From: Candidatus Solincola tengchongensis
GTDB lineage: Bacteria; Actinomycetota; Geothermincolia; Geothermincolales; RBG-13-55-18
Assembly: GCA_015711895.1 (NCBI GenBank)
Contig: JACVJH010000189.1
Location: forward strand, 1-33,976
DNA length: 33,976 nt
Direction: 5' to 3'
Positions 25,285 through 33,008 of the stretch are shown piece by piece; position 1 is the stretch's first letter, and every line of letters begins with the position of its first letter. The position numbers were made by a program, and so were the translations under genes. The notes under the pieces are model-generated. The model made no database searches and was not told the DNA's origin. It saw only the letters and a list, made by a program, of their open reading frames with translations.

Positions 25285-26373
25285 TCATATCCTGAGCCAG
25301 CCGGGCACTATGAGGAACGCGTAGCGCAGGGCGAAAGGCGCGTACAGGGGGTAGAGGCCGAAACCGGCGCGGCTTATGACCTTTAACCCCAGCGGGAAGG
25401 TGGCCTCGATGAGGCGCCGGTTGAGGTAGCTCAACCTCCAGAAGCGGTTGACCTTTCGGAACTCACGGTAGCCGGCCTCCGGGTCATCAACGGCGGTGGC
25501 GGCTATCCTCCCCGTCACCAGGGCGCCGTGAACGCCGAAGAGGAGCACCGGGTCCTGAGCGCCGGCCAGCGTCCCCGCCAGTATGAACCGTTCGTGGAAG
25601 AGTCGCGGGTTGGAAAAAGATCCCATGGGCAGCACGCCTACGTCCAGTTCGTGCCACTCCGGCAATTCCAGGCCCTCGTCGCGGGCCAGCCTCTCCGGGA
25701 ACCAGCGCTTGGCCTCGGCGGTGAGGGGCCTCTTGCGCTGAAAGAGGAGGGCCCCCGCCACCCCGTGGATGGTGGAGAAGAAGGCGTAGTCCCATGTGTA
25801 TCGGTCCATGTAGAGGATAACCTTGGGGCCCCGGTACTCCTCGGGCAACATACCCTGGCCGAAGAAGCCGTAAACGGGGACGAAGGGTATCCCCAGGGCC
25901 TGGAAGGCGTCGCGGAAAAGGCCGGTGGCCAGGATGCTGCGCGGCGGGAGGGCCTCGAAATCCCGGCGCGTCCTCAGGGGATGGTTGAACTCGAAGCGCA
26001 CTCCTTCCTCTACGGCGATGCGGTACAGGTGCATGTCCAGGGAGGCGCTGCGGGAGCCCCTCTCCACCAGGTAGGCGGGCACGTTGGGCGGAAAACGAGT
26101 GTCGAAACGCTTCCCGAAGCTGTAGATGCGGGTGCCCTCCAGGGGTTCGCAGGCCGGAGATATGTCTATGCCCGTATAATCTTCGATCCTCTTCAGGTCC
26201 AGCGGGGTCCCGTCGGCCATCACATAGGTCAGCTCCCCGGTGGGCATGTCTCGCGCCGGCCCCCCGATCCCGTCACGGCGTTCCAGGACCCTGACCTCGT
26301 AACCCAGCCGCCTCAGGTTGATGGCCGCCGTGAGTCCGGCAAGCCCCGCTCCGACGACGATCTTCTCGCCCAT
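25285..26373 (-). CDS. NAD(P)/FAD-dependent oxidoreductase (geranylgeranyl-reductase-like size and fold class)
   Basis: MGEKIVVGAGLAGLTAAINLRRLGYEVRVLERRDGIGG (GxGxxG..E), a hydrophobic C-terminus, and the SD GGGGGAGGTGG. Confidence 0.8.
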   Translation of the reverse strand: MGEKIVVGAGLAGLTAAINLRRLGYEVRVLERRDGIGGPARDMPTGELTYVMADGTPLDLKRIEDYTGIDISPACEPLEGTRIYSFGKRFDTRFPPNVPAYLVERGSRSASLDMHLYRIAVEEGVRFEFNHPLRTRRDFEALPPRSILATGLFRDAFQALGIPFVPVYGFFGQGMLPEEYRGPKVILYMDRYTWDYAFFSTIHGVAGALLFQRKRPLTAEAKRWFPERLARDEGLELPEWHELDVGVLPMGSFSNPRLFHERFILAGTLAGAQDPVLLFGVHGALVTGRIAATAVDDPEAGYREFRKVNRFWRLSYLNRRLIEATFPLGLKVISRAGFGLYPLYAPFALRYAFLIVPGWLRI

Positions 26374-26630
26374 GGGACCACCTCCCCCTTGAACCCCTCC
26401 CCGGGCGCGCCGGCGGGCTCACTCGACGGCGCCTCGAGCCCCTCCCATTCTATGCCATCCTCCTCATGTCCTTCCACGCCGCCGACGTGGGATGGGCGAC
26501 ATGCCCCGGGGATTTTGGAGGGACGACGACGACCTCCCGCTGCCTGCACGACCGCGGTGATAAGCGGTTCCGCAAAGTCATGAGAGCTTGAGGAGGCAGA
26601 GAAGGACTCAACCGGGCATCCTTCTGACGT

Positions 26631-26788
26631 GACGCGAGGTAGCGGACGTACCTGGCGCTCCCTCTATCGCTGTTCTATGGTCAAGTCCAGGCGGAGCCCC
26701 GGCCAAAGGTGGCCAGTCCGACTGCCGATACGCTCAAAGCCACCGCTCCGAAAGGATACCCTTGCGTCCCTGTGCCGGGGGCGCTTTT
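26631..26788 (+). ncRNA. Hand-folded three-way-junction element ending in an orphan terminator (riboswitch-like or sRNA candidate)
   Basis: P1 26631-26639/26760-26768 (9 bp). P2 26651-26655/26687-26691. P3 26692-26697/26745-26750, stacked on 26708-26713/26739-26744. The P1 3' strand overlaps the terminator 5' arm. No CDS lies upstream on this strand. Confidence 0.3.
26764..26788 (+). terminator. Intrinsic-terminator-like hairpin GCGTCCC-N7-GGGGCGC followed by TTTT
   Basis: 7-bp stem (one G-U) followed by TTTTAT. It is plus-strand specific and no plus-strand gene ends nearby. Confidence 0.4.
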
Positions 26789-26950
26789 ATGTGCCCTCTA
26801 AGCCGCACTAGTCTGTGGCCCGGGTGAAGACCTCCGCACTGCCGTTTCGATAGTCATTTTGAAGTTTGAAATATGTCGAGATGCTCTCCCGCCATCCCGG
26901 CCGGAGAAGGGCGAAGAGGAGGGAGGAGGTCGTCTTTGGCAATCTCTCCC

Positions 26951-27000
26951 TTGTCGCGGAGAGTTGGAAGCGGTTATCATTTTACCGACATAGTGTCGGT
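26951..27000 (+). promoter_or_regulatory. Candidate promoter TTGTCG-18-TATCAT followed by the inverted repeat ACCGACA-tag-TGTCGGT
   Basis: -35-like at 26951-26956, -10-like at 26975-26980, and the palindrome at 26984-27000, directly upstream of the SD GGGGGAGGTG of the next gene. Confidence 0.4.
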
Positions 27001-27020
27001 TAATGGGGGAGGTGATCCGT

Positions 27021-27566
27021 ATGCCGGGGAACGCAGAGCGAGCCGATCAGTCCTGCTCTGGAGAAGAACGGCCGAGCCCTCTGATCATGGCCCTGCGCTT
27101 TTTGGCCTTCGCGCTGGCTGGCCTGGAGGCCGTGCGCGGCATGCTGAGCGAGAAAAAGTTTCGCCATCTGTCCGCCTGGCTCGGCGGGTGGGCCCTGTTT
27201 CTCACCTGGCCCCGCTACCTCATCTGTTCCCGGTGCGAGGGATACGGTGAGATGTGCCGGTCGTACTATCTGGGAAAGTATACCTCCTCCCTCTTCCCCC
27301 GCGTGGAGGGAAAGGAGGTGGGGAGGCTGGGGATCTTCCTCGAGGTCCTCAGCCTGTCCGCCGTTTTCTGGGTTCCGGTCCTGGCGCTGCGTAGAAATGG
27401 GAGGGCGCTCTCCAGGTACCTGGCCTTGATGCAGGCGGTGCTCCTGGGCCAGTTCTTCCACGCCTGCCGGTGGTGCGGCACCCATGCGAACCAAGGATGG
27501 AAGGCGGTCTGTCCCGCGCATCGCTTCTGGAAAGCAAGGGCTTCCCGACGCGCTTCCTCCGCGTGA
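27021..27566 (+). CDS. Predicted 4-TM membrane protein with two CxxC-containing Cys clusters, unknown family
   Basis: ORF 27003-27566; the ATG at 27021 has the best SD spacing. Hydrophobic segments LIMALRFLAFALAGL, LGGWALFLTW, LGIFLEVLSLSAVFWVPVLAL and LALMQAVLLGQFF. Cys motifs CSRCEGYGEMC and CRWCGTHANQGWKAVC. Confidence 0.6.
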   Translation: MPGNAERADQSCSGEERPSPLIMALRFLAFALAGLEAVRGMLSEKKFRHLSAWLGGWALFLTWPRYLICSRCEGYGEMCRSYYLGKYTSSLFPRVEGKEVGRLGIFLEVLSLSAVFWVPVLALRRNGRALSRYLALMQAVLLGQFFHACRWCGTHANQGWKAVCPAHRFWKARASRRASSA

Positions 27567-27758
27567 GCCGTTTGCTGCCGTTGCGGAGGATTATTCCACG
27601 CCTGAGCGGACGATCCGGTGGTCGAAGGGCATGAGAACCAACGTGGCGCCTTTGGCTTCCGGCCGGCCTTCACGGTGCGGTGAGAGTACGGGCGGGAAGC
27701 CGTGTCTTCGGGTGGGACAGGCGGATTGCGGCGAAACGAACCTGCGGGTATGAGGGAT

Positions 27759-27805
27759 GGAACGGTAGGCCCTTGTTGGCATTCCAGCGGAAGGCGTGCC
27801 GTTCC
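27759..27805. other. Nested hairpin GGAACGG...[GCATTCC-agc-GGAAGGC]...CCGTTCC in an ORF-free spacer
   Basis: 7-bp outer stem and 6/7-bp inner stem, read by hand. Confidence 0.3.
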
Positions 27806-27915
27806 TTCAAGCAACCCCGGATGGGAACTTCTGGAAGCAATCCCGTAGAAGCTTGACTTACCGGACCTGTGGAACCGCCTTGTCTTGACCGAGGTTTGTT
27901 TGTCCGCCCGAGGGG

Positions 27916-27924
27916 TGTTATCTT
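27916..27924 (+). promoter_or_regulatory. Extended -10-like TGtTATCTT upstream of the RDD gene
   Basis: Same TGnTAnnnT architecture as upstream of glyQ and the lipoprotein gene. It implies a ~120-nt leader. Confidence 0.3.
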
Positions 27925-28050
27925 ACCTCTATCGAAGATCGCGTGGGATATGAGGCATTTCGGGAGGAACGGCGCTGCGCCGCATTATGGCCTTCCCGAG
28001 CCGTTCTACCGGTTGCCGGCACGTCCGGCTGTAGAAAGGATGTCGTGGCG

Positions 28051-28626
28051 ATGAGAACTTGTCCCGCCTGCGGGCTCCTCAATGCGGAGGAAGCGAATTT
28101 CTGCTCCGGCTGCGGTTTCCGCCTCTCGGGGGTGATGCCCCCGGCAACCTCGTATCCGGTGCCTCCCGTAGCGGAGGCCGCTTACCCGCGCTACGCGGGT
28201 TTCTGGATCCGCTTCGTCGCCGCCTTCATCGACGGTCTGGTCCTCTCGGTCATCTACCTCCCGGTGAACTTCATCTTCTGGGCGGCCAACGAGAACATCT
28301 ATTTCTGGGGCACCTGGGATTTCAGCCGGGGGGTGAGCTTTGGCCTGCTCTTCCTGTACAACCTGATACGCATGCTGATAGGCTGGGCGTATTATACCTA
28401 CTTGACCGGCAGGTACGGGGCCACCCTGGGCAAGAGGTTGCTGGGGCTGAGGGTGGTGGGTGAGGACCTGCAGCCCGTGACCTTCGGGACGGCAGCGGTC
28501 AGGGAGATACCCGGCAAGCTCATCTCCGCGCTGTTCTGCATGTTCGGCTACATATGGGCGGGTTTCGACGGGCGGAAGCAGGCCTGGCACGACAAGATAG
28601 CCCGGACCCTGGTCATATACGGTTGA
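28051..28626 (+). CDS. RDD family membrane protein with an N-terminal zinc ribbon
   Basis: ORF 27943-28626 trimmed to MRTCPACGLLNAEEANFCSGCGF. RDD-type core FWIRFVAAFIDGLVL...GATLGKRLLGLRVV...AWHDKIARTLV. Confidence 0.85.
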   Translation: MRTCPACGLLNAEEANFCSGCGFRLSGVMPPATSYPVPPVAEAAYPRYAGFWIRFVAAFIDGLVLSVIYLPVNFIFWAANENIYFWGTWDFSRGVSFGLLFLYNLIRMLIGWAYYTYLTGRYGATLGKRLLGLRVVGEDLQPVTFGTAAVREIPGKLISALFCMFGYIWAGFDGRKQAWHDKIARTLVIYG

Positions 28627-28680
28627 ACGGGGAGGCCATCCCTTTCCCTTCTCCCGGTATCCCGGATGTCATCCACGGAA

Positions 28681-28713
28681 GAGCGCGTTTCCGATCGAAC
28701 GAGGAACGCGCTC
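28681..28713. terminator. Strong hairpin between convergent genes (GAGCGCGTT-N15-AACGCGCTC)
   Basis: 9-bp perfect stem, followed by CTTTACTT on the plus strand. It lies between the RDD stop and the TrxB-like stop. Confidence 0.55.
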
Positions 28714-28752
28714 CTTTACTTCCCCACCTCGGGGCCCGTCACCTGAAGGGCG

Positions 28753-29685
28753 TCAACGCCCCAACACGCCCCTCTCCAGCAGCCAGGCGTAAGCGCTGAG
28801 GGCGGCTTTGGCTCCCTCGCCGGCGGCGATGATGATCTGCTTCTCCAGCACGTTGGTCACGTCCCCGGCGGCAAAGAGCCCCGGCAGGGTGGTGCGGTTG
28901 TTGGCATCGACGACTATCTCCCCCAAGGCGTTGAGCTCCACCCCGGGAGGCAGGTATGCGGTGCTCGGGACGCTCCCTATCTCTATGAAGACGCCCTGGA
29001 CCTCGAGGGATTCCTCCCTGCCTTCGGTCGAGAAGTCGATCCCCTCCACGAAGGCGGAGCCACGGATGGCCAGGACCCGTGAGGAGGTGTGCACCGTTAT
29101 GGAGGGCGATCCCTCCACCTGCCGCTTGCGTATCTCGTCCCCGTCGAGAGCCGGTTCGATGGTCAGGAGATGGACCACCTTGGCGATCTGGGCCAGCTGC
29201 AGCGCGGCGTCCAGGGCGGAGTTTCCCCCTCCCACCACGGCCACCCTTCGACCGCGGAAGAGGGGGGCGTCGCATGTGGCGCAGTAGACCACCCCCCGGC
29301 CGCGGAACTCTTCCTCTCCCGGCACGCCGAGCTTGCGCGGGACCTTGCCCGAGGCGGCTATGACCGACCTGGAATAATATTCCTCTCCTTTGTCCGTGGC
29401 CACCCGGAAGCGGCCTTCCTCCGGAGAGAGGGAGACGACCGTCCTCCCCTCCAGGAGCCGCACCTTGAAGTTCTCCAGGTGGTCGCGGAAGCGCTCTACG
29501 AGCTCCACCCCGGTTATGAGCTGGTAGCCCAGGTAGTTCTCCACCTCCCAGGACCAGGCCGCCTGGCCTCCAACGTTGCTGGAGATGACCAGGGTATCCA
29601 GCATCTTGCGCGCGCAGTAGACTCCCGCGGAGAGACCCGCAGGCCCGGCCCCGATGATGATCACCTCGTGAAGTTCCCTGTCCAT
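28753..29685 (-). CDS. Thioredoxin-reductase / AhpF-C-terminal-like flavoprotein disulfide reductase
   Basis: VIIIGAGPAGLSAGVY (FAD), redox CATC, VAVVGGGNSALDAAL (dinucleotide) and GLFAAGDV. ATG 29685 is preferred over TTG 29694. Confidence 0.85.
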   Translation of the reverse strand: MDRELHEVIIIGAGPAGLSAGVYCARKMLDTLVISSNVGGQAAWSWEVENYLGYQLITGVELVERFRDHLENFKVRLLEGRTVVSLSPEEGRFRVATDKGEEYYSRSVIAASGKVPRKLGVPGEEEFRGRGVVYCATCDAPLFRGRRVAVVGGGNSALDAALQLAQIAKVVHLLTIEPALDGDEIRKRQVEGSPSITVHTSSRVLAIRGSAFVEGIDFSTEGREESLEVQGVFIEIGSVPSTAYLPPGVELNALGEIVVDANNRTTLPGLFAAGDVTNVLEKQIIIAAGEGAKAALSAYAWLLERGVLGR

Positions 29686-29827
29686 TCTTATCAACCCGCG
29701 AAACAGCTTCCCACCCTCGCCGGAAAACCTGTGCCCACGGGTTTGCCAATGCCCTGTACTATTCAGCGGTATTCAACGAACTGCATTCGTAGCATCGGCT
29801 CTCGCGGCAGGTGGCATGACCTCATTT

Positions 29828-29872
29828 CATGAACGGGAAAAGTTCCTTCGTCATCAGCTGTTACCGTTCATG
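29828..29872 (-). other. Inverted repeat CATGAACGG-N27-CCGTTCATG 8 nt downstream of the ftsH stop
   Basis: 9-bp perfect stem with no U-tract. It may be a transcript-end or processing hairpin. Confidence 0.35.
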
Positions 29873-29879
29873 GTCGGGA

Positions 29880-31769
29880 TCACCGGTTTTCGGCTACCTC
29901 ACTGACGGCGGAATCGACCTTTTCCTCTTCCTCGGGCCGTTCGCGTAGCTTCATCAAAAGTTCCCGGAAAGCGTCTCCCTCCAAGGTCTCCTTCTCCAGC
30001 AATATCTCCGCTATGCCCTCCAGGGCCTTGCGATTCGAGGCGAGCAGCCCCTTTACCCGTTCGTAGTTGGAGGTCACTATGTCCTTCACCTCGCGGTCAA
30101 TGAGCTCCGCGGTGGCCTCGCTATAATTGGCCTCCTTGCCGTAGGAAAATTCCCCCAGGAGCAGGCGGGCTCCACGCTCCAGCCCCAGGGAGACGGGGCC
30201 GAGTTTTTCGCTCATCCCGTAGTCCTCCACCATCTTGCGGGCCAGGATGGTGGCTTTTTCCAGGTCGTTTTGGGCGCCGGTGGAAACCTGGCCGAAGACG
30301 ATCTCCTCGGCGGCCCTGCCGGCGAGGAGAACCCCCAATCGGTCTTCCAGCTCCGGGCGGGTCATGATATAGCGGTCCTCCTCGGGGAGCTGCATGGTCA
30401 TACCCAGGGAGCCTATCCCCCGGGGAATGACGGTTATGCGGTGCACGGGATCGGCATGCTCCAGGAGGGAAGCGGCCAGGGCGTGTCCCACCTCATGGAA
30501 GGCCACAACCCGCCGTTCCCGTTCGCTCATCACCCGGCTCTTCAGCTCCAGGCCCCCGATGACCCGGTCGATGGCCTCTTCGAACTCCTGCTGGTCGACG
30601 GCCTTCTTGTTCTTCCGGGCGGCGAGCAGGGCGGCCTCGTTGACCACGTTGGCCAGCTCGGCCCCGGCGAAGCCGGGGGTGCGGGCGGCGATCTTCTTGA
30701 GGTCCACGTCGGAGCCCAGTTTCACCCGGCGGGCGTGGACCTTGAGTATCTCCTCCCGCCCCTTGATGTCCGGGCGGTCGATCATTATCTGCCGGTCGAA
30801 GCGGCCGGGTCTCAGGATGGCCGGGTCCAGGACCTCGGGGCGGTTGGTGGCCGCCAGGATAATCACCCCCGTCTGGGGATCGAAACCGTCCATCTCCGAG
30901 AGGAGCTGGTTCAGGGTCTGCTCCCGCTCCTCCGTGCCCCCGCTGGCCATTATTCCGCCCCGCACCTTCCCGATGGTGTCTATCTCGTCTATGAAGACGA
31001 TGCAGGGCGCCTTGGCCTTGGCCTGTTCGAAGAGGTCCCTCACCCTCGCCGCACCGACACCCACGAACATCTCCATGAACTGGGAGCCGCTTATGGAGAA
31101 GAAGGGCACGTCGGCCTCACCGGCGACGGCGCGGGCCAGGAGGGTCTTCCCCGTCCCGGGCGGCCCCACCAGGAGGACCCCCTTGGGGATGCGGGCCCCG
31201 ATATTGCGGTATTTCAGGGGGTGGCGGAGGAAGTCGATTATCTCCTGCAGCTCCTCCTTGGCCTCGTCCAGCCCGGCCACGTCGCCGAAGGTGACGCGGT
31301 CCACGCTGCGGTCGTAGAGCTTAACCTTGGACTGGCCGAAGGACATGGGGCTTACCCCACCCACCCGCCTCGCCAGACGGCGGAAGACGAAGAACCAGAT
31401 GAAGGCGATGAGCCCCAGGGGTAACACCCAGGTGAGGAGGAAGTCCCTCCAAAAGGTGTTTTCCACCCGCCCCGAGAAGTCCACGCCTCTCTCCTCCAGG
31501 AGGGCCACCAGGTCCTTGATGTCCGTATCCGGGATGCGGGTGGCGACGAAGTTCTTCTCGCCCTCCTCCGTCTGCATGGTTCCCTCGATGCGGGTATCGG
31601 TGATGACCACCTTGCTCACCTCGCCCGCGTTCAGGCGGTTGAGGAACTCGCTGTAGCTTATCTCGGAGGGCTGGAAGGGTTTGGCAAACTGAATGCTGAG
31701 GATGATGCCCAGGGCCAGCAGTCCGTAAACAACATACAGCCAGAGCTTTTTCTTTCTGCTCTCGTCCAT
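29880..31769 (-). CDS. ftsH: ATP-dependent zinc metalloprotease FtsH
   Basis: ORF 29880-31874 trimmed to [22 protein letters not shown] (TM1). Walker [15 protein letters not shown] region and HEVGHAL zinc motif. Confidence 0.97.
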   Translation of the reverse strand: MDESRKKKLWLYVVYGLLALGIILSIQFAKPFQPSEISYSEFLNRLNAGEVSKVVITDTRIEGTMQTEEGEKNFVATRIPDTDIKDLVALLEERGVDFSGRVENTFWRDFLLTWVLPLGLIAFIWFFVFRRLARRVGGVSPMSFGQSKVKLYDRSVDRVTFGDVAGLDEAKEELQEIIDFLRHPLKYRNIGARIPKGVLLVGPPGTGKTLLARAVAGEADVPFFSISGSQFMEMFVGVGAARVRDLFEQAKAKAPCIVFIDEIDTIGKVRGGIMASGGTEEREQTLNQLLSEMDGFDPQTGVIILAATNRPEVLDPAILRPGRFDRQIMIDRPDIKGREEILKVHARRVKLGSDVDLKKIAARTPGFAGAELANVVNEAALLAARKNKKAVDQQEFEEAIDRVIGGLELKSRVMSERERRVVAFHEVGHALAASLLEHADPVHRITVIPRGIGSLGMTMQLPEEDRYIMTRPELEDRLGVLLAGRAAEEIVFGQVSTGAQNDLEKATILARKMVEDYGMSEKLGPVSLGLERGARLLLGEFSYGKEANYSEATAELIDREVKDIVTSNYERVKGLLASNRKALEGIAEILLEKETLEGDAFRELLMKLRERPEEEEKVDSAVSEVAENR

Positions 31770-31775
31770 AAGAAC

Positions 31776-31781
31776 ATTATA
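31776..31781 (-). promoter_or_regulatory. Consensus -10 TATAAT located 6 nt upstream of the ftsH ATG
   Basis: The minus strand reads ..caagcgggTATAATgttcttATGgacgag. There is no SD between the box and the ATG. Confidence 0.45.
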
Positions 31782-31997
31782 CCCGCTTGAGTCGAAGGGT
31801 GGCCGCGACCCGCCGCGGCGTCCGCCGGGCCTGAATGCCGTACCCTTCACCAGGGGGAGAAAGAGTTTCTCCACCGTCAGGGGTGCGGCCTCGCCGCTGC
31901 CGAGAGGCCCCTGCCGCGCGTCTCATGCGCGATGGATCCTCCGGGGAGAGCCAGCCCGGAGCCGTGTTGCGGTGACCTCCCTCCCCGGGCTTGTTCC

Positions 31998-32019
31998 CTC
32001 TTGGCTTCCTCTTGGCTTC
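31998..32019. repeat. Perfect tandem duplication CTCTTGGCTTC x2
   Basis: Copies at 31998-32008 and 32009-32019. The duplication is bracketed by the imperfect direct repeats GGATCC(t)CCGGGGAGAGC at ~31934-31953 and ~32028-32046. Confidence 0.7.
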
Positions 32020-32081
32020 CCACTCAAGGATCCGGGGGAGAGCAGGCGGAACCTTCGCGCGAGGACTCTCGCCTCAGCGAT

Positions 32082-32106
32082 GGGAAAGCGGGGTCAAGTC
32101 TTTCCC
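32082..32106 (-). terminator. Hairpin GGGAAAG-N11-CTTTCCC ~40 nt after the ferredoxin-gene stop
   Basis: 7-bp stem. It is a candidate end of the rrf2-ferredoxin operon. No clear U-tract. Confidence 0.35.
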
Positions 32107-32144
32107 GCCGTGCACGGGGAGCCGAAAAACGGGAGGGGTGGTTC

Positions 32145-33002
32145 TCAGTGCCGTGAGCTCCGGCGTGGGTGTTCCACCTCTTCCCGGGAGATCACCTCTC
32201 CCTGGACGCCCAGCTTTATCACCGTGAGCGCGGCGTCCGATCCTGCATCATCCAGAGCCTGCCGGGCGAGGTTGGCCAGCCCGAAGCAGCAGGGCACCTC
32301 CATGTGCACAACGGTGATCCCCCGGATCTTGTTCTCGGCGATGATGGCCGCCAGCTTCTCGCGGTAGAAGGAGGCGTCGTCCAACTTGGGGCAACCCACC
32401 AGGAGGACCTTTCCCTGCAGCAGCTCACGGTGGAATTCCGGGAAGGCGAAGCCGGTGCAGTCGGCGGCCAGCAGGAGATGGGCCCCCTTGAGGTAAGGAG
32501 CGGCGATGGGCAGAAGCTTGAGCTGCACGGGCCAGTTGCGCAACCTCGAGGCTATCCTTGGTTCGCCTGAAACCCCGTTTCCTTCGTCTTCCGGAACGGG
32601 CTCCAGCTCCCTGACCGCGGTACCGGCGCATCCGCAGGGAAGGCCCACTCCGGTCATCCCCTTCGCTGCGCGCTGGCCTTCATCCCCGCGAGCCGTCCAC
32701 CCCCGCGTTTCCCGGGAACCGGCTTCGACCGGTCGTCCGGCCCTCGCCTCGGCCTTGGCTGTGAATTCATCATGGCGCCCGCGCGGCACCTCCCCGTCAA
32801 AGGGCTCCGCCTCCCGCTCCAGGACGGTGATTGCTCCCCGGGGGCATTCCCCCAGGCAGGCGCCCAAGCCGTCGCAGTAGGCCTCACTGACCAGCCGGGC
32901 CTTGCCGTCGATAATGGCGATGGCCCCTTCGGCGCAGGCCTCCACGCAGAGCCCGCAGCCGTCGCACTTCTCCTCATCTATATGGACTATCTTGCGCAAC
33001 AT
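32145..33002 (-). CDS. 4Fe-4S dicluster ferredoxin-domain protein with a C-terminal Cys-containing alpha/beta domain
   Basis: CDGCGLCVEACAEG and CDGLGACLGECPRG at the N-terminus, then a low-complexity linker, then a conserved-looking C-domain, NWPVQLKLLP..LLLAADCTGFA..LVGCPKLDD..VHMEVPCCFGL. Its SD AAGGAG lies inside the end of rrf2. Confidence 0.75.
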   Translation of the reverse strand: MLRKIVHIDEEKCDGCGLCVEACAEGAIAIIDGKARLVSEAYCDGLGACLGECPRGAITVLEREAEPFDGEVPRGRHDEFTAKAEARAGRPVEAGSRETRGWTARGDEGQRAAKGMTGVGLPCGCAGTAVRELEPVPEDEGNGVSGEPRIASRLRNWPVQLKLLPIAAPYLKGAHLLLAADCTGFAFPEFHRELLQGKVLLVGCPKLDDASFYREKLAAIIAENKIRGITVVHMEVPCCFGLANLARQALDDAGSDAALTVIKLGVQGEVISREEVEHPRRSSRH

Positions 33003-33008
33003 GATTCA

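Noticed and set aside
27266-27814. 182-aa minus-strand ORF bridging the Cys-rich membrane gene and the next spacer
   Set aside because: It is antisense to a gene with a good SD and TM pattern. Its composition is P/R/S/T-rich with no motifs.
31786-32028. HspR-type HAIR half-sites (ACTCAAG next to the ftsH -10 box; CTTGAGT at 32022-32028, minus-strand sense)
   Set aside because: HAIR requires CTTGAGT-N7-ACTCAAG. Here the halves are ~230 nt apart, and neither has a partner at N7.
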